The notes below the pieces were generated by a model. It ran no database searches, was not told the DNA's origin, and worked only from the letters and a program-made list of their open reading frames with translations. Positions 54,244 through 64,000 of a DNA stretch of 64,000 nucleotides are shown in pieces. Position 1 is the stretch's first letter; each line of letters begins with the position of its first letter. Origin of the DNA: Eledone cirrhosa (taxonomy: Eukaryota); the NCBI GenBank assembly GCA_964016885.1, contig OZ024748.1:57970001-58034000 (forward strand), read 5' to 3'. The translations under genes were made by a program, and so were the position numbers.

Positions 54244-55960
54244 CATATATATAATACACTCTGTCTAGCTCTACACCTCGCCACTGACGTGGAACTAAAC
54301 ATCGAGTGCTCACCTAGGTGAACCTACAGTAACTTCCCGTTACATTTCCCGGATATATATATACACATATGAGAGAGTGAGAGAAATACAACGTACTAGA
54401 TATGGCACTCTCTTCTGTAATATTTCCGTTAATATCTGCAAGCAGTATCTCTGATGATCCACTTGAAATTGTATGTTTGATGATAGAGTTTGTTATACTA
54501 AGAATAACAAATGAAAGTTACGCCTACTCCGCATTGAATTCGTGTCTCCATGTGATGTTGTATATTCCGATATTGTAAGAATATGTTGCCTATATATATA
54601 TGTGTGTTCAGTATTTCTTGGCAATCGAAGGCTCTCGAATTAGTTTGTGATTAGTAAAACCCCGTCGCTACGCTAGCGGTAAAAAATATTTGTTAATCAT
54701 GTACTTGCCTTTGTCATTATGACGTCAACGTATTGTTGAGTTACGCTGTAAACTATCTATCTATCTTTCACACACACTCACACTCTCTCTTACATTGTAT
54801 TTCTCTCTCAACAACATTTCACACATATATGTATAAGGAGGAGAAAAAGTTGTTGAGGGAGAGATAGATAGATAGAGAGAGAAAGAGTGTGAGTCTGTGT
54901 GTGTGAAAGATAGATAGGAAGTTGTGTTGACATATTCGCGCCTAAAATATATTTTTCAAATTCTGTCGTTATTACTTTCATTCTTACGTCATAAACGATC
55001 CACCTCACTTTCAAAAATATAATCACCCTCTATATATCTAACTATTGTTCTCTCTCAATAAAAACAATGTTTTCTCCTCCCCCATTTTCCCCTCCTCATA
55101 CCTGATTTGACAGGGGTTATCTCCACCTTTGATTCCTCCCATTCTTCTGTTTCTTTGCATATATGATGTGGCGGACATACAGACGGAGATCAGTTTGTCT
55201 TTCATAATATTAATGACTATTCTAAGCATACATATGTGGCCCAGGAGTTTGAGTATTTGGTTCACTATCATAAGATCAAGAATCGGGTTGTGATAGTGTG
55301 CTCTGCTCTTGAGCAGGAAAACCTATGTGAAGTTACTTCAGTGTAGTCAGCCCAGAAAACTATGTTGTGATTGACAAACATTTTAACTTATTGCATCGGG
55401 CTGTATTCTTCGCGAAATATACGTCAATATTATAGACATCTGTGGGATATTCTTCCACTTGCATGATAATTTCACGAGCAAGCCGCTCCGATAATCAAAC
55501 TCCCGGACATTCACTCTCTGCGCCACCGGATGTCCAATGAAACAATGTACAATTCGGAAAGGAATGTTTTCCAATTGTTTAATATCTGAAAACTCCTTGT
55601 ATATCCTTGTAAAGGTAGGTAAACCTAATTCATATACCTATACCAAAGTTGCTAAGTGCATGATGACTGAAGGATTATATTCATAATACAACCCATGTAA
55701 GTTATGAAGTCTATAGATTAAATTATATACATATCTCTAACATTAAGATACGGACATATGCTATGGGAATAGAATATTAATAAAAATCATCACAAAAGCA
55801 AGCTGTAAAAGGATATGGAATACATTATATACAGTGTTATCCGTTGCACAGTTCATACAGTTGCTTCCTGTGTGTATGTTGTATTGTCCATTATTGGGTT
55901 ATTATTTTTCTTATCGTTGGACTGATATACGTTATATCAAGAGATTTCAACTTTTGTAAA

Positions 55961-56150
55961 TTAATTGTTTCTACGTTAGGCACAAGGCCAGCAATTACCC
56001 AGTGTATTACTGGTACTTTATTTTATCGACCCCCGTAAGGATGAAAGGCAAAGTTAACCTCGGCGGGATTTGAACTCAGAATGGCAAGGGCCGTAACTCT
56101 ATGCGTCAAAGCATGGCGTCCGACCGTCTACCAATACTGCCAATCCACCT
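55961..56150 (-). mobile_element. Full-length SINE with target-site duplication
   Basis: Flanked by ACTTTTGTAAATTAATT at about 55950 and 56153. Confidence 0.92.
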
Positions 56151-56524
56151 TTACTTTTGTAAATTAATTCTTTCTATAAGCTGAACAGTTGTCTCATATT
56201 AATAAAAAAAAACATACCACGAAATATTGCACATCGATATATTTTAAATGTGGTGAATACACTTCCCTTTGATCACAGCATCCCACATAACTTCTTCATT
56301 TGATTTGTTCCAGCAATGACGTTTCTAATATCAATACTACGTTTAATCCAACAAAACACTCTCAATATTGATTCAGATCTCATGCATATATTCATATAAA
56401 GTAAAATATGGATAATTTTATGCTAAGTATTATAAAGGATTGATAACGTTTATTACATGAACGCAAACATACTATACTCAGTAGTTATATCTATCTGTCC
56501 AGCTATAGACGCGCTGCGCGCGCG

Positions 56525-56560
<36 letters not shown>

Positions 56561-58901
56561 CTTGAAAATGTATATGATGTAATACATTTTTTAGCAATTA
56601 GTTCAGAACAAGCAAATACTTTTCAAGTTACATTTTCCGTTTATCAAATTCCATTACAAATTATCAGTCAAAGCTCAATTTGGAAAAAACCTTCTGAATG
56701 AACCACGTAGCATGACTGAACCCAGAATAACATGGATGCAAAGCAAATTCCTTAACTATATGGCCAACCCTGTGATTATTATCTGCAATATTTTGTTTTC
56801 TATTGATTTAAAAAATAAATAATTCTTTTATTAAAATATTGTACCTCAGTATCTAGCAACAACAATACTTAATGATCGAGTTAACAACTCGTACTGTAAG
56901 TTTATGTCACTCACTCTGATACCGGATGGTACAGTGTCTGCAGAGGCTGACATTTACTTTCCGGAATTAAATATAAGTAGTTCTATTCACATTTGTACTC
57001 TGTAATTCTCTGAAATATAACCTGCCCCTTTTAGATTTATAGAACTATTTTGGTACCGGTTATTTGTTTTTGGAAATCATTTGCATTTATCTTTGTAATA
57101 TATGCACCCGCTGTGCATATATTACATGTTGCTGACAGTTTTCTCTGTCATATGAGCAATTCAATTTAGGCTGACGCTAGAAATCAATGCATACAAATCT
57201 CCTGGGATATGTTTTCCTATTATATATAAGTGAGATAAAATCATCAAACGTATAAAGTATGGTGGCAGCCACGCCATACCATTAGATAGTGCTATATAGA
57301 GGAGTTCAATTTAATGGTTTATATTCCATATCAACTAAAATATTCTTAATGTTCATATATATCATTTACATTTCGAATCATCTGAAGTGGCATACGATAT
57401 CTTTTATTTCGATATAACTGCAAACACGTTTCTTCCTATTAAGAAATCATATAGTACAATCGAAGTTAGTGAATAGGCTATACACGGAAAGGTTGTTGGA
57501 AACCGAAACCGTTACAATTCAAATTAAATAATTTGATATATAATAACAATGAAATCACTGAATGTATTACATATAAATGATCGACATTATTGTCTTCTCG
57601 TTCATTATTGTTCAGAAGCAAAGCAAAATGGTTTAAAAATAAATGTGATTCATTTGGTTAATAACTATAACATAGCGTTTGTTTACAATGCAGATTCGTT
57701 GCTTATTTTGAAATATATCTCTGAAATACGCATTAACTAAATATTCAGAAATAATGTATTCGATTCAGCAGGAACAAAACATGTTCTGTTACTATGTGTT
57801 ATAATATGTATATATTGTAATATTGAATTATCTGTAAAGAATGGAACACATCTCAGAATAGTGTCTCTCTTTGGTAAAGTTATTTGCGCTGAATACATTT
57901 ATTGGGAACAAAGTAGATAATGGGCGTAATACATATAAAATATATACATGATTTAACATGTATTTAACTGATAGTCGTCAGCATATTCAATATTAGTTAA
58001 GCAACAGAATGAATTGCATTGAATTTCGTATATTACAATAATTGTAAATAATTGGTGACGAGTGTAATGTTTTGAATACAATTTTACATATCGGTATTTC
58101 CATCATTTTAGCGTACAGACTAGAAAACGTAACAACGAATAGAGCTTCTAAGTGGTGGTATGTCGTTCTATACTTCGTAGCCGATGTCTTTATTGATAAG
58201 GCAGTCAGGGGAAAACACTGTTCGCTTGATGTCTGCACCAAGCATTTGCAGCATGTAGACAGATCTGAAGGATTTTAATAACATATTACTATTGGGAATT
58301 TGTCTCCGCATTTGGTACACTGACAAGTATATATAGTTTAATAACACTACCGCAAAAAAATACAGAGTTGCAATTTATTGAATGTGTACATATATATTGT
58401 AATGGACTTGTTGAAGTTATGAATATCGATCGTATGGTCTATATGTATATGCGAATATGTAAATACATATATGAATATATGTATGTGTATGTATGTATGT
58501 ATGTACGTATGTATCAGGTTTTTACTAGTTTTAAGCTACTAAATCCATTATTCAACAGATAATTCGACACTTGAGATGGTTCAGTGTATATATATTAGGG
58601 AAACAGGCCCAGTCGACTCAGCTTTTGCCGTTTGGACAGCAAATTCCAGAATGGGAATCGAATTCCCTGCTCTGAATAAGCCAGTTCATCAGAGGTACGC
58701 CTAAGTGGATAAGCAAGCAGTCTATAAGTAGATAAGTGGACAAGAAAATGTTACTGGCTCTTTGAAGGCTATTAATGTTAAGTTCTATAATCAATATTAG
58801 TATATTTTCTATTTTCAGGAATTGGTTGTGAGTGTTTGTGTATGTTGGTTGTGTGAAAATAAAAACAAATGTGGCACCAACAGTCTCTAGATATTACATT
58901 A

Positions 58902-59869
<968 letters not shown>

Positions 59870-60059
59870 AACGAAGGCGGTGTGGACCATAACGCACCAG
59901 AGTACTCAATACTTAGGGTAGTAGAGTGGGTAATAGGAAAATGTTTGACCCCGACGGCAGAGCTCAGGCCGTTTCGACGGCTATTTCTGAACTAAATTTA
60001 GTCCAGAAATAGATGTCGAAACGGCCTGAGCTCTCTGCCGTCGGGGTCAAACATTTTCC

Positions 60060-60061
<2 letters not shown>
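59870..60061. mobile_element. Fold-back insert: ~63-bp arms each with an HHR 3' half, plus tail
   Basis: Arms 59934-59996 and 59997-60061; GAAACGGC...GCCGTC-GGGGTC at 60018-60048; tail 59870-59933 shared with 24091 and 31192. Confidence 0.8.
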
Positions 60062-60101
<40 letters not shown>

Positions 60102-60329
60102 ATAATTAAGAGGAAGCAGCATACGGTACATTAAAATCAAGATATAAATTAGTTAAACACGTGTCTTAGTAGAAATACTCCTCGACTTTTCGGACGTGAG
60201 TCCTTAATCGGAACAAAGAATTTTAAAAATTGTAAGTTTAAATTGAATGCTAGGGAAAATAGGAAAAAAGTATTATAACCATATATCGATACTTATTTTA
60301 TATGCATAGATTAAACATAATTATAGAGA

Positions 60330-60540
60330 AAAGACAGAAGCTTGTCGGGTATGGTTATATATTGCCAAAATCCTCCTTCACGATACAGTCGAAAGATGTT
60401 GAAGTAGAAGCAAACAAAGAAAATCCTCGTCCGATCACAACAAATACTGGACTGGTCATAACAACGAGGACCTTCTACGCCAGGCGGAGAATAGAGATCA
60501 ATGGCTGGCTGCACCAATGGCGGAAATACGATGATGATAA
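60330..60540 (+). mobile_element. RTE-clade LINE 3' end
   Basis: PKSSFT/ILLHDTVE..SRSKQRKS...WTG...DLLRQAENRDQW across frames, followed by a (GAT)n tail. Confidence 0.65.
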
Positions 60541-61342
60541 TATATGAATATTCCAGCGCTTTTTTTTAATTTGTAGAAGTACTTAATCGGACTTGCCCAT
60601 AGCTATCTTGAGCATTATTATGACCTGTCCTCTAATATATGCTTTTCTACTAGATGTTATTTTGACACTAAGTGAAAATAATTCATGCGTTTTCCCTGGT
60701 CAGGTAACTAGAACAATTGCAAGTTGAGATACATGTAGAAAAGTCTGCGAAATTTACTGAAGATTAAACCGCCGTGGTCTTAAATGATGCTATATACCGC
60801 CATCGTTGATAATTGCTGATTAATACCGATCATTTAAATCGATTCTACGCATCATTTTCAGGGATAAATTGTTTCAATATATACAATAGTATTTTCTTAA
60901 CTTGACATAAGAAAACAAAAATTAATGGTATATTTATTGGTCTTTGAAAATAAGTACATTAGTGAGAGAGGCGTGTTTCTCAGGCCTCAGAGAAATTGAT
61001 AACTAAATTTCTCTATAAGGAGGAGAAAGAGTAATAAATAATAAATGCTTAGCTTTTTAGCAATCTGTAAAAAAAGGAAAATTAACAAACACATAAATAT
61101 ACTACGCCATTCTCTTTGACGCCAAAATTATAATTTCCTTCGTTGTTTTTTTTCCTCTTGAATCTAATGAGTTAAGCACAATAACATTTCTACAGTTTAG
61201 AAATAGTTGATAAGGAAATATTCTCTCCTAATAGGTGTGTGTGACTAACTGGCTTAGCACTTTCAGGTCAATAAATCTACTTACCCATTTCCTCTTGCTG
61301 TTTGGCCTGTCTAGCGCTTTGCCGCCAAGAGTGTAATAAATA

Positions 61343-61460
61343 TAATTGTTTCTACTTTAGGCACAAGGCCAGCAATTACCCAGTGTATTACTGGTACTTT
61401 ATTTTATCGACCCTGTAAGGATGAAAGGCAAAGTCAACCTCGGCGGGATTTGAACTCAGA
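61343..61460 (-). mobile_element. 5'-truncated SINE with target-site duplication
   Basis: Flanked by AGAGTGTAATAAATATAAT on both sides. Confidence 0.9.
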
Positions 61461-61691
61461 GTGTAATAAATATAATACAATATATTTAGTAGGACTAATC
61501 CAGCCATTCGATCTAATCTCACCCCAGGAGAAAAGAAAATAAGCGGACCTTTAAGATTGTTTTCGCTTTGGCTTTTTGTTTTTGCTCTGCCCATATATAG
61601 ACTGGGCCCCTCAATAATGTCAGCTAGATTCCCGGCGTTCGAATACTGGCGCTTCAGTTCAGATCTAGCCGTCGGGGTCCTGAAACTTTTC

Positions 61692-61747
<56 letters not shown>

Positions 61748-61789
61748 CTGTGTATTCATTTAGATAAGGAAAAGAACTTGCGAACTGTC

Positions 61790-62737
61790 ATTATTTTAGG
61801 AGGCAAGTTCTGAGTTCAAATCCCGCCGAGGTTGACTTTGCCTTTCATCCTTACGGGGTCGATAAAATAAAGTACCTGTAATGCACTGGATAATTGCTGG
61901 CCTTGTGCCTAAAGTAGAAACAATTATTTTAGGAGGCAAGTGGATTGGCAGTATCGGTAGCATGTCGGACGCCATGCTTTGTAGCACAGTTACGTCCCTT
62001 TACGGACTGAGTTCAAATTTCGCGGAGGTTAACTTTGCCTTTCATCCTTACGGGGTTGATAAAATAAAGTACCAGTAATACACTTTGATAGTTGCTGGCC
62101 TTGTGCTAAAAGAAGAAACAATTATTTTAGGAGGCAGGTGTATTGGCAGTATCGGTAGAGGATCGGACGCCATGCTTTGAAGCAAAGAGTTACGGCCCTT
62201 TATGCTCTGAGTTCAAATTCCACCGATGTTAACTTTGCCTTTCATCCTTACGGGGTCGATAAAATAAAGTACCAGTCACGCACTGGAGTCGATTTAGTCG
62301 ACTTTCCCCTCCTCCAAAATTGCTGGCCTTGTGCCTAAATAAGAAACCATTATTTTAGGAAGCAGGTGGATTGGCAGTAACGGTAGAGAGTCGGACACCA
62401 TGCTTTGAAGCATAGAGTTACGTCCCTTTACGGTCTGAGTTCAAATCCCGCCGAGGTTGTCGATAAAATAAAGTACCAGTAATACACTGGGTTTGTGCTG
62501 GCCTTATGCCAAAAGTAGAAACAATTATTTTAGGAGGCAGGTGCATTGGCAGTATCGGTAGAGAGTCGGACGCCAGCTTTGCAACAAAGAGTTACGGCCC
62601 TTTATGGTCTGAGTTCAAATCCCACCGAGGTTAACTTGCGTTTAATACTTACGGGGTCGATAAAGTAATGTACCAGTAATACACTGGGATAATTGCTGGC
62701 CTTGTGCCAAAAGTAGAAAGAATTATTTTAGGAGGCA
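61790..62737 (+). mobile_element. Head-to-tail array of five SINE copies separated by a 16-bp site
   Basis: ATTATTTTAGGAGGCA at 61790, 61923, 62121, 62349 (one mismatch), 62524 and 62722. Confidence 0.92.
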
Positions 62738-64000
62738 GGTGTGCGTTTGTTTTTTATTGCCGCTGGCATACATGTGGGATGAGGCTGTCTTCTTTTCTCC
62801 AACAATGATGTCAAACTTGTGAACAGTAATCTTGAGAAGGGAAGTTTACTGTTGATTGATTTGAATTTTGAAAGGAATATCCTACGTTCAGGAAACCATT
62901 TTGCTTTCAGCTTTGCTAAATCGATCAATGAATTATAGACAATTCTAAGTAGTTTTAACACTTCTTCACAAATATTTTAATTATCATCATCCTCATCATC
63001 ATTATTCCCTTCATCTTGATCAAAAACAATATATCCTCCTGTTAATCATCCGCACCATCAGCAATAGCTTTCTCAAAATTGTCAGCATCATCATCGCTAA
63101 CATCACAATCATCATTACACTAGGCTCAAGCAGTCCCTATTACTCATTCTCATTAAAAACTTTGGATTCCTCCCCAGCCAGTTAATATATTGTAAACTTC
63201 AATAAATGTTAGGAGATTCTCCTTCATTGGAATTATTGTACACGAACAGATTTACCATTGAAACACATTATTTGTCCATTTCTTCAGAACGACATCTTTG
63301 GTTTAATAAAGTGACCTACTTGTCCAATGAGACTTACTTGTACAAATAGATGTGTACGAAGAGACTTACTGAATTAAAAACGAGTGTTGGGATAATGTGT
63401 ATGAAGAGTCTTTACTGAATTAAAAACGAGTGTTGGGATAATGTGCTGCCTTAATTGTGCGAATGCAAACCAACGCCATTAGGTTTCTCTTAATACAATT
63501 CTAAAAATGTCTAACAATATGTTTTTAAATTGATACGTGAAAACAAAAAGAATATCGGTTAAAATGCTGATTATAATAGGAAATACGTTGTTCACGATGA
63601 GCAGGAGAAAAGGACTAGAAAAATAGAAAAATGAATGAAAAACGATTAAAGATGTTTTGGGGTGGGGAAGTCTGACTGGAGTAACGTGGAACAAGAATGG
63701 CTGTATAGTTTATGGCGTACATTAACGGCTGAAACCTTCACAAAGTTGAAAACTCTAAACATATCCATGCATGATGATCAGTATGTTGCTAATAATAATA
63801 CTGACAATAATGATTAACGGTGAAAAATGACACGTTCGAACTTAAGTTAAACTGACAAAACCCATTTATCTTTCACTCCGCTACTGCTTTATTTTTCTTT
63901 GAAAATTGTCTACGGTGAGCGTTGAAGTGAATGTAACAGTTTTGTGAATTAGTGAATAAACCGTAACACTAATTCTATTTATTTTCCTTAAAATAGCAAA

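Noticed and set aside
54650-54682. Helitron-like 3' hairpin
   Set aside because: CTAG end is mutated and I could not define the other terminus.
61790-62737. CRISPR array
   Set aside because: Eukaryotic context, spacers are homologous SINE copies, the repeat is only 16 bp, and there are no cas genes.
62760-63300. Possible Tigger/pogo transposase C-terminus on the minus strand
   Set aside because: Only an acidic (GAT)n-like stretch and vague motifs; insufficient support.
63365-63445. ~46-bp local tandem duplication
   Set aside because: Ordinary slippage duplication.

Overview
AT-rich, repeat-saturated eukaryotic non-coding DNA (intron or intergenic). The dominant tRNA-derived SINE family and the microsatellite load suggest an octopus or other coleoid cephalopod; this is an inference. 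I found no convincing host gene: almost all long ORFs in the track are microsatellite translations. Recognisable content: about 25 tRNA-SINE copies (two tandem arrays), decayed R4/Dong-, RTE- and CR1/L2-type LINE fragments, two non-autonomous Helitrons and several Penelope-like element (PLE) GIY-YIG endonuclease fragments. The most notable pattern is a recurring unit inside (TA)n tracts: a fold-back (inverted-repeat) insert, often with a one-sided tail, often carrying a minimal type I hammerhead ribozyme (HHR) motif with a palindromic stem III. About ten such HHR-like motifs and about seven fold-back inserts occur in 64 kb, including a protein-free element with a ~525-nt retrozyme-like unit. 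A second notable feature is a SINE array in which one 16-bp site separates five different SINE copies, suggesting repeated insertion at one target. All alignments, folds and translations were done by eye; coordinates may be off by a few bases.
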